IMG/VR virus record: IMGVR_UViG_3300012940_000022
Coordinates: 24,793 to 88,792 of that record
Strand: one strand, 5' to 3'
Length of the DNA stretch: 64,000 nucleotides
Source of the DNA: a virus
Below, piece by piece: positions 39,535 through 48,883 of this stretch (within the stretch, counting starts at the first letter, position 1; each line of letters begins with the position of its first letter). The position numbers and the translations under genes were made by a program. The notes under the pieces are model-generated. The model was not told the DNA's origin. It did not search any database and saw nothing but the letters and a program-made list of their open reading frames with translations.

Positions 39535-39998
39535 ATGGACCATGGGCTCCGGAGAACATACCTGATGACGACGGGATTCTTCTCCGAGTCCTGAGGTCCA
39601 ATTTTGACTTTGAGAATGATGAGATAAAGCCTGTTGGATTTAAGAACCATGGCGACGGTATGTCAACCGATTGGGAGAAATACAGTAGTGCCGAGCAAAC
39701 CCGAGCCCGATGCCCGGAGGACAAGTCCCCGGAGGATTATGGAGTAGTACGCCTAATCGTTGGCTTTGTCCGCCGCGTTCCATATCAGTCCGTGATGCAT
39801 ACACCGAAGTGGTGTCCACCTCATCACAAGCACACAAATCGAGCGCACACAGATGTGTTCGGTCCTAAAGGGAGCAAGGATCGTTATGGCGATCCACCGC
39901 AAAAATTGCAGTCACACATCATCACGGATATCCGGCTTCGCCTTAATGCGATTGCTAAAGATTGGCCAATACCCATCGCGGACGAGACGAATGGCTAA
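39516..39998 (+). CDS. Candidate ADP-ribosyltransferase-fold toxin
   Basis: IPDDDGILLRV...F...GMSTDW...YGVVRL...NRAHTDV. Confidence 0.6.
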   Translation: MADAALDGPWAPENIPDDDGILLRVLRSNFDFENDEIKPVGFKNHGDGMSTDWEKYSSAEQTRARCPEDKSPEDYGVVRLIVGFVRRVPYQSVMHTPKWCPPHHKHTNRAHTDVFGPKGSKDRYGDPPQKLQSHIITDIRLRLNAIAKDWPIPIADETNG

Positions 39999-40013
39999 AC
40001 CGAATTTCTGAGG

Positions 40014-40063
40014 GAGAAAGTGAGACAGCCGGCAGCACGTGCTGCCGGCTGTCTCACTTTCTC
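40014..40063. repeat. Perfect 50-bp palindrome between convergent genes (likely bidirectional terminator)
   Basis: gagaaagtgagacagccggcagcac|gtgctgccggctgtctcactttctc. Confidence 0.9.
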
Positions 40064-40122
40064 TGAGTGACGCACTCGTTGAGTCCGCTGATGAGGTAAT
40101 CGCCAATCCCGATCGCCCTGTA

Positions 40123-40440
40123 TCAGCCAACCCGCAAAGACCCATAGAAACGCTGCATCTCCGTCAGCTCGGACTCTTCCGGCAAGGTTCCATACCGCAA
40201 CTCTGCGTAGAGCAGCGCATGATGCACACGCTTCCCGACCGGCTTCCACTCCTTGCACGTCGAGCCCTCGATATTACTCTCGAGTGCGACAGGCAGCCGC
40301 GGATCAATCGCAACGTGCCGCTCCAAATCGTTCAGGACGACGATATGGATACCGTCGCGCTCCGCCTGGTCGGCGAGTCGAACGTAGGTTTCAGTATGAA
40401 AGCGAGCGAAGCGAATGACAGATGCTTCTTGGATAGTCAT
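40123..40440 (-). CDS. Hypothetical protein with degenerate SWIM-like motif
   Basis: STCKEWKPVGKRVHHALL. Confidence 0.6.
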   Translation of the reverse strand: MTIQEASVIRFARFHTETYVRLADQAERDGIHIVVLNDLERHVAIDPRLPVALESNIEGSTCKEWKPVGKRVHHALLYAELRYGTLPEESELTEMQRFYGSLRVG

Positions 40441-40461
40441 AGCGTCGGCGTCTCCTGCCGG

Positions 40462-40992
40462 CTAACGCCGGAACTCCCTGTCTTCGAGAACGGCGGACAA
40501 CTCATCAAGCGCGCTCGTGAGCGCTTCCCGTTTTGACCAACCGGGATTCTGTCGGTAATGGAGACGCATGTCCGCCCGTAGCGAGGCCCACGCATCGACG
40601 TCCCTTGCCTCGTCGCCGATCTGCCGCCAGAACCATTTCGGTAGGTCATGCAGATCAGGACGGCGCCTTTCCATCAGCCCAGGCCGTATCTCATCACTCG
40701 CCTGCTCCCGTAGCTCGTCGTCGCGAATGGTAAGGACGGCGTTGCCGGAGTGGCCCTGCTTGGTCTTCATAAACATGACGAAGGTGAGTTCCTCTGCATT
40801 CAGGAACGTCTCATAGGCCGGCTGATCGATCTCGCGCCAGGTCGTGAGCGATGACGGGTCGTCGTCATGCCAGAGAAACGGCACGTCGTCGGCATCGATT
40901 CCAGTGGGTTTTGAATACGCCGTTTCGGGAAGCACCGCCAGTACGCCAGCGCCAACAAGCGAGCGGAGCAAACCGCGCCGGGTGGGACTCAT
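40462..40992 (-). CDS. Protein with Tat-like signal
   Basis: MSPTRRGLLRSLVGAGVLAVLP. Confidence 0.7.
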   Translation of the reverse strand: MSPTRRGLLRSLVGAGVLAVLPETAYSKPTGIDADDVPFLWHDDDPSSLTTWREIDQPAYETFLNAEELTFVMFMKTKQGHSGNAVLTIRDDELREQASDEIRPGLMERRRPDLHDLPKWFWRQIGDEARDVDAWASLRADMRLHYRQNPGWSKREALTSALDELSAVLEDREFRR

Positions 40993-41165
40993 GCCGCCAC
41001 CGCCAGTCGGTAGGCATTGCGCAGCTCGTCGGCAGTAGCGCCCTTGATAACGATGCGCTGACCGAATCGGAAGGCGAACGACGTGTAGCCTTCCCAGGTC
41101 TGCGTCACACGCGGCCGCTCACTGCTGCTCCAATCGGCGAAGCGAAGCGCTGCATCGGTCAACAT
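40989..41165 (-). CDS. 58-aa protein paralogous to C-terminal part of 60288-60896 (absent from ORF track)
   Basis: MLTDAALRFADWSSSERPRVTQTWEGYTSFAFRFGQRIVIKGATADELRNAYRLAVAA; ATGA overlap. Confidence 0.8.
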   Translation of the reverse strand: MLTDAALRFADWSSSERPRVTQTWEGYTSFAFRFGQRIVIKGATADELRNAYRLAVAA

Positions 41166-41260
41166 CATCCGTGCACCATCCCAGACAGTCGGTTAGTCAG
41201 GATCGTCGTAAACCCAAACATGCACCATGCGAGCGGCCAACCCGCAAAGAAGAGATATCC

Positions 41261-42181
41261 CTAAAAGGCCCACTGAACCCAGATAAGGAGCGCAAAGGTA
41301 ATCACTCCCCAGGCCAGACGCCCCGAAGCTGACCGGACATTCCAAGGAGCCCATCCAGGGAGGGACAGTAATACTGTGACTACCAAAATCCTCAGTAAAT
41401 CCCAGTAAGAATACTCAGCCGAATCATGCTCAGCGTTCCGCGTATGCTGCTGCGCTTCTAGGATGAGACGTCTGCTGAAATAGGTAACATCCGGCTCATC
41501 AGACCAATCCTCAAGGCTCAGATGATCTAAGCGATCGGATAGGTCACCTGCTCCGAAGGTCGCGAGCTCATCCGTTGCAGAACGCGGCGCGGACGTAGGA
41601 ACATCGTCGGGAAACTCCTCGGGAACCTCTCGAGGAATAACTCTCCGCTGAGCGAACCTATCGGATGTAAACCTCTGGGGAGCGGGCTGGAGCTCGGAGC
41701 GAATCTCTTCTCTGCGGCGCTCAATTACCCAGATGAGGTAATGATCTCGATCAATTCTCATATCGCTGCCAGAGTTGATGCTGTCCCCCGCCGGTGATGC
41801 AGAAGGACGCAGCTTTTCCAGCATATGCGCAAGCAAGTTGTCCTCACTCTCATAGATTTGCCGGATATTTCGATGCCGGTAATCGACTTGTGACCGCAAG
41901 CCGACTATTTCGGCCTCCAACCGTTCGATCCTGCGCTGATGCCGATCGATGTCTCGCTGCAGAGACGTCTCTCGTTGCCTTGCAGCGATAACAAACTGCT
42001 CATGTGCCGATCGTTCTGCCGCGACGCCTTCGCTAAACCCCAATGCACGATGCTTATTCGAACGACGGCTAGCAATTCCAACAACCTGGTTCTTCCCGAC
42101 ACTCCAACCGGCCACAATCACCGCGCCAATCAGAGCGACGATGACATCACCGATTTTGTCCCACCAATAGCTGTCAGGCAT
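41261..42181 (-). CDS. Membrane protein with coiled coil
   Basis: N-terminal TM, central coiled coil, two C-terminal TMs. Confidence 0.7.
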   Translation of the reverse strand: MPDSYWWDKIGDVIVALIGAVIVAGWSVGKNQVVGIASRRSNKHRALGFSEGVAAERSAHEQFVIAARQRETSLQRDIDRHQRRIERLEAEIVGLRSQVDYRHRNIRQIYESEDNLLAHMLEKLRPSASPAGDSINSGSDMRIDRDHYLIWVIERRREEIRSELQPAPQRFTSDRFAQRRVIPREVPEEFPDDVPTSAPRSATDELATFGAGDLSDRLDHLSLEDWSDEPDVTYFSRRLILEAQQHTRNAEHDSAEYSYWDLLRILVVTVLLSLPGWAPWNVRSASGRLAWGVITFALLIWVQWAF

Positions 42182-42399
42182 GCTGGCTCATCACCATTCG
42201 CTTGTTTACATATCCGAGGCCTACAAAATCATCTGACCGCGCTGTTGCCGGGTCAACGGACAATTGTCCCGAGTTAGGGCTACTTTGGGACCGCATTCGC
42301 ATGATGATCCAGCGTTGATGACTCGGAGCGACGCAACAGCGGAGTGCCAGCCGTGCTAATGGCAATACTTCAGGCGCCGTACTCGAATTCACACCCGCG

Positions 42400-42448
42400 T
42401 TCAAAGGCGCACTTTTGACCCGAGCCCTTCCGAAAACCTCCCTAGCAT
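42400..42448 (+). promoter_or_regulatory. Late-promoter half motif and -10 before tail tip genes
   Basis: GCG-CACTTTT-GAC 42407-42419; TAGCAT 42443-42448 (26-bp gap from CACTTTT). Confidence 0.65.
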
Positions 42449-42505
42449 TGCCGCGATTCGTCCCGAACGCGCGCGGCATCTCCGCCGCCAAACGCGAGGC
42501 GGCCA

Positions 42506-45500
42506 ATGCCCGTCACCCAGCGGATTTTAGGGAGACAGCCCAGCGGAACCTCCGATCCCGATTTCGGCGCGGTCAGCGCCGGGATCATGCGCGTCGGTGT
42601 CTTCGAAAACCCCAATGCCGAGCACCTCTGGATCAAGCGTCTCAACATCCGGGCCGGCAAGTACACCGTCACGAACGGCCAGCTCCGCATCGTCGCCTAC
42701 GACGCGGAGGGCGGGCTCAACGAGCGGCTCGGCTATACCGCCTCGCAGAGCGTCACGGTGCTGCTCGATGAAGATACCGGGTCAGGCGGCGGGCAGACGC
42801 TGAGTAACATTCCGCTCGCGGTCTCCGATACCGGTCCGAGCACCAAAGGCGCGCTGCTTGCCCCCGGTCACGATCTCGGACTCGGCTACGTCGCCATCAC
42901 CGCGCCGGTCTCGCACAACATGGCTGCGTCCGGCCGGCCGGGCGTCAGCGGCAACATTCTCTTCTTTGATCGTTCTAGCGGCATGACCCCGCCCGATCCC
43001 TACGGCACCGCGTCCGGCGATCCTGAAGGCAAAATCACCGTCTGGGCGGAGTGCTATACGAATGAAGAGCCGCGCGTGCCCGTCGGTCGCTCGATCCTCA
43101 ACGGCGACACGCTGACGCCGACGTTCGTCAGCGATTTCCGCGATCGGAACGGGGCCTGGGGCACGGCGAACGACGGCAATGACTGCGGCGACGTGGTCAA
43201 GCGCGTGCGCACTCGCGTCTACGTCGGGAACGCAAGCACGCCGATCTGGGATTACACCTACACCGCCACCGCGAGCGAGCGCGCCAACAATGCCACTAGC
43301 CGGATCTATAGCGGCCCGGCGCTCTCCCGCGGCGTGGAGTATCAGTGGGATATCGCTCACCAGGATTGGGCCGACGCCTGGAGCGAGTTCAGCGACCGGC
43401 TGAGTTTTACGATCCCGGCCGGCGGATCGATCAACGTTACAGGTCCCACCGGCGTGCTTCAGGCGCTAAGTCCGACGGTGACCGGCGTGTGGCACCAGGC
43501 GAACGGGCTGGCGATGAAGACGCTGCGAGCCCGGGTGCGCCAGGGCTCGCTCGTCATCGACACCGGCGATGTGATCACCAAAACGGTGAGTAACGGCAGC
43601 GGTTTCAGCGCCACGTTCGCGCAACTCGGTCTCGATGCGCTCGATTGGAACCAGAGCTACACCGTTCAACTGATGGCAACTGATACCAGCGATACGGCCA
43701 CCTCGTGGTATTCCGGTGCGACCTTCAAGACCGACTCGCCCCCGAGCATTCCGACCAATCTCTCCCCGAGCGGCATCATCACCAATCTCGGCATCGCCTC
43801 GTTCGAGATGGCCGACCCCGACGACGACACGGACTCCGGTTTGCAGGGATTCCTCGTCATCGAGCACGAGCCGGCGATGGCGAACGCCTCGTTTGCCGGG
43901 GGCAGCATTACCGGCTGGACCCAGGCGACGCCATCGGCCGGTATCACCCGCACCTTCGCGGCAGAAACGAGTGTTGTCGCGGATGGAGACGGGGGATCGG
44001 CGAAGATCACCGTCTCCGCCAACACCGGCGGCGGGTCGGCGTATGTCTGGGCGGATGACGAGCTGCCGATCGTCGAGGGCTCGGTGCTGACGGTCCGCTC
44101 GTGGCTGCGGACCACGAATACGAGCCTGCGTCATTTGCGCGCGATCCAGTGGTACGACGCGAGCGACCTGCTGCTCTCGACGTCGGACGAACCGAATTTT
44201 GCACCCGGACTCAACACCTGGGCGCGGCGGGATTACGCGGCCACCGCGCCGGCCGATACGGCTTACGCCAAGATCGGATTCCGCGCGTTCGCCGCGGCAG
44301 GCAGCATCACCGGGACGATTTACGTCGATGGCTTCTTCCCGTTCTGGGAACGGAAGGTCAACGCAGAAGTCAGTGAGCTTACCAGCCTCTGGGAGCACCA
44401 ACTCGACCCCGACGACATGCCGGTCTTCGGAACCTACCGCCTCAGCGCCTACGGCTTCGACGGCACCCTCTACAGCGGCGGGGTCACGAGCGAAACAAAC
44501 GCCGTGCGCTCCGATGTGGTGACGCTCGAGTACTCGGACGGCCCGGACGTGACGATCACCTCGCACACCTCGGGCGACGTCATCAATACGGTGCGGCCGC
44601 TCATCGAATATCTGGCGCCGGACCAGGTGCGGCGTAACGTCGAGGTGCGCGACATGGTCACCGGCGCGCTCGTCCGCCGGTCCGGCTGGCAGGTGACCGA
44701 CGCGCACAGTTATCGCCCGTCCGCCGGGTATCTGCATGACGGCGGGATTTACCGCTTCGTCGTCTACGTCGAGGACATCAACAGCCTCCAAGGCACCGCG
44801 GAAGTCACCAACATTCAGGTGACGATCGAACGGCCACCGGCACTCGATCCGGTCGTCGCCGAGGCGATCTACGTCAACGACGAGCCGCAGCCGTCCGCCA
44901 TCCGTGTGCGTTTTGGCCAGTCCGATCAGGACGTGGATATCTGGCGACGCTACTTCCTCTATCGCTCCGACCTCGTCGACCCGCTTGCCGAGATCACGGC
45001 CATTGGGCAGACGGAATTCGTTGATTACCTGCCTCGCAGCCGCGTGGATTACACCTATGGCGTTTCCCAGGTGACGGAAGTGGACGGCACCGCGCGGGAA
45101 TCGGAAATCGTCTACGTCACCGCACGAGTCGAATTCGAAGGCCTTGTGTGGTGTAACGCTAAGAATCCGACCGCCGAACGGCTGATGTGCGAGGGGTGGC
45201 TGAGTCGCGGCTGGACAACCGACGGACAGGACGCAAGCTATCAGACATGGGAGGAAGAAGCTCAGTTTACGGTCCGTACGTCAGCCGTATGGTTTAATTA
45301 CTCGGCAACTGTCCCACTGATCGATTACGACGACATCCTCGCCGAAGAGCAAGAGGAAAAACTCCGCGCCCTCAACCGGCTCGGCGGCGTCATCTGCTTG
45401 CGCGACGGATACAAGCGCCGCGACTTTGTCAGTATCCCGCGAAAAGGCGGCATCTCGATGGACGATGGCCGGGGCGGCCGCCGCGATCCCACGATCAAGA

Positions 45501-45553
45501 CCGTTTCCGAAGCCTATCGAGAGGACATCGGCGATCAAGGAGATGTCGTCTGA
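42506..45553 (+). CDS. Large minor tail protein (Ig/FN3 and CBM-like domains)
   Basis: Beta-rich 1015 aa; ANASFAGG...APADTAYAKIGF..VDG CBM-like segment; first + gene after TMP. Confidence 0.8.
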   Translation: MPVTQRILGRQPSGTSDPDFGAVSAGIMRVGVFENPNAEHLWIKRLNIRAGKYTVTNGQLRIVAYDAEGGLNERLGYTASQSVTVLLDEDTGSGGGQTLSNIPLAVSDTGPSTKGALLAPGHDLGLGYVAITAPVSHNMAASGRPGVSGNILFFDRSSGMTPPDPYGTASGDPEGKITVWAECYTNEEPRVPVGRSILNGDTLTPTFVSDFRDRNGAWGTANDGNDCGDVVKRVRTRVYVGNASTPIWDYTYTATASERANNATSRIYSGPALSRGVEYQWDIAHQDWADAWSEFSDRLSFTIPAGGSINVTGPTGVLQALSPTVTGVWHQANGLAMKTLRARVRQGSLVIDTGDVITKTVSNGSGFSATFAQLGLDALDWNQSYTVQLMATDTSDTATSWYSGATFKTDSPPSIPTNLSPSGIITNLGIASFEMADPDDDTDSGLQGFLVIEHEPAMANASFAGGSITGWTQATPSAGITRTFAAETSVVADGDGGSAKITVSANTGGGSAYVWADDELPIVEGSVLTVRSWLRTTNTSLRHLRAIQWYDASDLLLSTSDEPNFAPGLNTWARRDYAATAPADTAYAKIGFRAFAAAGSITGTIYVDGFFPFWERKVNAEVSELTSLWEHQLDPDDMPVFGTYRLSAYGFDGTLYSGGVTSETNAVRSDVVTLEYSDGPDVTITSHTSGDVINTVRPLIEYLAPDQVRRNVEVRDMVTGALVRRSGWQVTDAHSYRPSAGYLHDGGIYRFVVYVEDINSLQGTAEVTNIQVTIERPPALDPVVAEAIYVNDEPQPSAIRVRFGQSDQDVDIWRRYFLYRSDLVDPLAEITAIGQTEFVDYLPRSRVDYTYGVSQVTEVDGTARESEIVYVTARVEFEGLVWCNAKNPTAERLMCEGWLSRGWTTDGQDASYQTWEEEAQFTVRTSAVWFNYSATVPLIDYDDILAEEQEEKLRALNRLGGVICLRDGYKRRDFVSIPRKGGISMDDGRGGRRDPTIKTVSEAYREDIGDQGDVV

Positions 45554-46671
45554 TGACCGATGTGGCTTCATTCGGCGGCGGCGTGACCATCGAACGTCGC
45601 ATGTATCTCTGTGATATTGGCGGCAAGCCGATCGATGACATCACGACGCAGATGATCGACTGCACCGTCAGCTGGTCGGCGGGTATGGACGGCGGCACAT
45701 CCATGAAGGTCGACTTCACGATGAAGGAGCGCCTGTCGCCGCTTGCCGCACAGAACACGTTTGTCTCGCCGGAGATCACCTACCGGTGGGGCGACGGAAC
45801 CGTTCGCCGCTCGCGGCTGGGCGTCTATCTGCTCATGCTTCCGCGCAAAACGATTTCCACCGGAGGAGTGGTCGCCTCCTATACCGGCAAGGACCTCACC
45901 TGGATTCTCTACAATTCGACGCTCACCAAAGCCCAGAGCTTCCCGGCCGGCACCAACTTCGGCGAGGCGATCGCGTCGATCTGCCGCGCTGCCGGGCTTA
46001 CCAATCTCGACATCCGCCTGACCAGCCGGACGATGGGAGCGGCACGAACCTTCCGTCGCGGGCAGCGCCGCCGCGGCGAGGCGAACGCGCTCGCAAAAGC
46101 GATAAGTTGGTACAACCTCTACATGGATCTGGACGGTGCGATGACCACCTTGCCCTACCGCGACTGGAGCCAGACTGCGCCGATCGGCATCGTCTCGCCG
46201 AAAGTGCTGATTGGCGACATCCAAGCGACGCCAAGCGTCGATGAAGTGCCGAACACGGTCATGGCAACGATGCAGCGCAACGGCCAGGCGCCGGTCGTGC
46301 GCTACGCCTTCAACACGGATCCCGAATCGCCGATTTCGCTGCAGAACATCGTCCCGGCCGGCCGGCGCATTACCTACGAAGTCACCGACAGTAACGTCGA
46401 AACGATCGCCGATCTCGAGGCGCTCGCCGCGAAGACGCTGCGTGACGTGTCGTCGTTCGAGATGCAGTACGTCTGCCAGTTGAAGCCCGATCCGTCCTGG
46501 CTCGGTATTCAGCGCACAGTCGATCTCGACCCTGCCGTTATTCGCAATGGTGAGCCCCGGCCGGGCCGGTATCACATCAAGGCATGGAAGGTCGGATTGA
46601 CGCCGGAGTCGGCTCCGGTTGAGCTGACGATCGGCAAGACTGTCGACTACGTCGAGGTGGCGGCGGCATGA
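45553..46671 (+). CDS. Baseplate hub/Tal-like minor tail protein
   Basis: LGVYLL, LYMDLDGAM, DEVPNTV, PESPIS siphovirus hub pattern. Confidence 0.75.
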   Translation: MTDVASFGGGVTIERRMYLCDIGGKPIDDITTQMIDCTVSWSAGMDGGTSMKVDFTMKERLSPLAAQNTFVSPEITYRWGDGTVRRSRLGVYLLMLPRKTISTGGVVASYTGKDLTWILYNSTLTKAQSFPAGTNFGEAIASICRAAGLTNLDIRLTSRTMGAARTFRRGQRRRGEANALAKAISWYNLYMDLDGAMTTLPYRDWSQTAPIGIVSPKVLIGDIQATPSVDEVPNTVMATMQRNGQAPVVRYAFNTDPESPISLQNIVPAGRRITYEVTDSNVETIADLEALAAKTLRDVSSFEMQYVCQLKPDPSWLGIQRTVDLDPAVIRNGEPRPGRYHIKAWKVGLTPESAPVELTIGKTVDYVEVAAA

Positions 46672-47357
46672 GCGCCGGGCAGGGCAAAGCGATTGCCGAA
46701 CGCTGGCGGCGCAAGTTCAGCGATCTTCGCCGGCGAACCTCACCCTATCAGGCGCTGGCAGAATCAGCCAGCAACGGGCAAGTTACGCTGCTCGAGACCG
46801 CCGAAGGTGAAGAGCCCTACGAGCAGCCGGCCAGCAAGCTTCGCTCCGCCGATGTCCGAGCCGGCGATCTCGTCCTGGTGCTTCCGGTCATCGACGACCA
46901 GGGAGCGGAGTCGTTCTACGTCGCCGGCGTGATCGATGACGGAACGACGCGCATCCCGATCGGGACGAGTTATCGCGATGGCCGCGCGCAGACGGCCGCC
47001 GACACCCCGAGCACGACCAGCACCACGACATTTGCCAACGCGATCAGCTGGAGCTGGACAGATCTGCCGGATGGCACCTACGACATCGCCGTCGAGTACA
47101 GCTACCTGGCGGCGCACGACACCGGCGGATCGATCGTCTTTCGCTCGATGTGCGGCGGGACGGCCGGTACCACACGGACGCTCGGCGCCTCGACCGGCAC
47201 CGTCGGTACGATGCGCGTCGAGGACATCAGCACCTTTAGCGGAGTCGTCGTTGCCGGCGGGATCACCATCGTCGGCCAGCATCACGCTTCGACGAGCGGT
47301 ACGTCATACGCCCGGAATCCGGTGATTAAGGCGACCGCAACCCGAACTGGAGACTAG
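46668..47357 (+). CDS. Minor tail protein (OB-fold + beta domain)
   Basis: VRAGDLVLV...YVAGVI then Thr-rich beta domain. Confidence 0.7.
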   Translation: MSAGQGKAIAERWRRKFSDLRRRTSPYQALAESASNGQVTLLETAEGEEPYEQPASKLRSADVRAGDLVLVLPVIDDQGAESFYVAGVIDDGTTRIPIGTSYRDGRAQTAADTPSTTSTTTFANAISWSWTDLPDGTYDIAVEYSYLAAHDTGGSIVFRSMCGGTAGTTRTLGASTGTVGTMRVEDISTFSGVVVAGGITIVGQHHASTSGTSYARNPVIKATATRTGD

Positions 47358-47358
47358 T

Positions 47359-47664
47359 ATGGCCCTGATTGACAGTATCAGCCTCGCGAGCGACATCCCC
47401 TTTCAGCAGCGGGTCAGCGTCGCCGCGATCAAGCGGGCAAAAGCGGTGGCAAGCATCGGGGAAAACAATGCCGAGCTTGCTCGCCGCATCGTCATGTCGC
47501 CGGCAAACTGGGGCAAGATCATGGCCGCCAGCATTGCGGTCGATGAGGCAGTACTCGCCGCTGCAGCCATGGACGATGCCGAGGCCTTCGATACCGCGAT
47601 CGAGACGGCTCTCGCCGACATCTGGTCGCTCTACCTGATCGGCAGCGATCCCGAGCCTACATGA
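47359..47664 (+). CDS. Small tail-associated protein
   Basis: FQQRVSVAAIKRAKAV helical pattern at end of tail module. Confidence 0.7.
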   Translation: MALIDSISLASDIPFQQRVSVAAIKRAKAVASIGENNAELARRIVMSPANWGKIMAASIAVDEAVLAAAAMDDAEAFDTAIETALADIWSLYLIGSDPEPT

Positions 47665-47759
47665 AATTGGGTCACTTTTAGCCCGACTCGTGGCGCTGCC
47701 TGCGTAGCCGGGTCGTACCCTTTGTGTAAGTCAAGAGTGGGCGCGCGTTTGGCCGCCGG
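47663..47759 (+). promoter_or_regulatory. Late-promoter motif, -10 and conserved leader before lysis cassette
   Basis: GAAATTG-GGT-CACTTTT 47663-47679; TACCCT 47716-47721; leader 47733-47759 homologous to 2231-2257. Confidence 0.7.
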
Positions 47760-47789
47760 GGATTCCGCGAGGAGTCTTCCGGCGTTTTT
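47754..47789 (+). terminator. Intrinsic terminator/attenuator before lysis genes
   Basis: cgccggggattcc-gcga-ggagtcttccggcg-ttttt. Confidence 0.8.
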
Positions 47790-47868
47790 GCATTTGCCCA
47801 GCGGCATGGACCGGCTGCACTGCCCCTCGGTGCGGACTGGTCCCGGATCAGCCGGGGTACGGGTTAGC

Positions 47869-48150
47869 GTGGTGAGCGAATGGGAGCCAATCCTCAGAAC
47901 CTATGGCCTGCCGACCGCCTGCCTCGTCATCGTCATCTACGCCTGGTTATCGGGCAAGGTCGTTTCACGCCAGCAATACGACGATATGAAGACCACGCAA
48001 CAGCAGACGATCGATCGCTTGGTCGGCGAGCGCAACGAGGCGTACACGAGGGTCAACCGGGCGGAGGACAAGAACGCCGAGCTCGTCAAGACGCTGGCAA
48101 CTTTGACAGACCAACTTGCCCGAGCCCAGCAGTTGAGGGGATCGCCGTGA
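47869..48150 (+). CDS. Holin-like protein (1 TM + coiled coil)
   Basis: YGLPTACLVIVIYAWLSGKVVSRQQY. Confidence 0.7.
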   Translation: MVSEWEPILRTYGLPTACLVIVIYAWLSGKVVSRQQYDDMKTTQQQTIDRLVGERNEAYTRVNRAEDKNAELVKTLATLTDQLARAQQLRGSP

Positions 48151-48437
48151 GCCTGCGATCGTTGCTGCGCTCGACTCGTCGAAGATTCTGGCCCGGTCGA
48201 CCAACTCGTGAGACGACCGATGTCCCCCCAGCGCCGCCGATCACCGAACCTGTCTCTGAAGATCTCATTTCACGAGTCTCAATTGCCACGCTCAAGAGCG
48301 GCCGCGGCGAGGAACTCGACCGCGACGACCGCCTCGCGTTGATGCGTGCGCGGCGTTTGGCCCTGCACGTCAACCATACCGGCAATTTCGTCGCTGACGC
48401 GTTGCGCCCGAATGACACTGATCGGGGACGGCGATGA
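48147..48437 (+). CDS. Hypothetical protein
   Basis: GTGA/ATGA overlaps. Confidence 0.6.
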   Translation: MSLRSLLRSTRRRFWPGRPTRETTDVPPAPPITEPVSEDLISRVSIATLKSGRGEELDRDDRLALMRARRLALHVNHTGNFVADALRPNDTDRGRR

Positions 48438-48883
48438 CTGGGCAGCGGCGGTGGCAGCCGATCTGGGCGCGAGTGCGCGGTGCGCTCTTCGTCATCGCCG
48501 TCGCGGTGATCGTCGCGACGTTCGGTTGGTACTTCCCGGTGTGGTTTCCCGACGTGGCGGCACGCGGAGCGGCGAGCGACCGCTGGAACGGTTGGCTGCA
48601 AGTCGTCGTCTTCGGCGCATGCATCCTGGTGTTGCTCGCCCGCACCCGGCAATGGAAGTGGCTTGACCGCGGTGTCACATGGGCATTCATCGGCATCGTC
48701 TGCCTCTATCAGACCATCGTCAGCGGATTTGAGGGCTGGCCGTTCTTTCAAACGATCAACTGGACGTGGAGTTTTCGCTTCGTGATCGGCGGGGCAGGCA
48801 TTGTCCTGCTGTTCTCCCTGGTCGGAAGCGAGCTCCTGCGCTTATGGCGCCGTGTCCGGCGCTGGTGGAGGAATCGTCGATGA
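48434..48883 (+). CDS. Four-TM membrane protein in lysis cassette
   Basis: Four hydrophobic segments and Arg-rich end. Confidence 0.75.
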   Translation: MTGQRRWQPIWARVRGALFVIAVAVIVATFGWYFPVWFPDVAARGAASDRWNGWLQVVVFGACILVLLARTRQWKWLDRGVTWAFIGIVCLYQTIVSGFEGWPFFQTINWTWSFRFVIGGAGIVLLFSLVGSELLRLWRRVRRWWRNRR

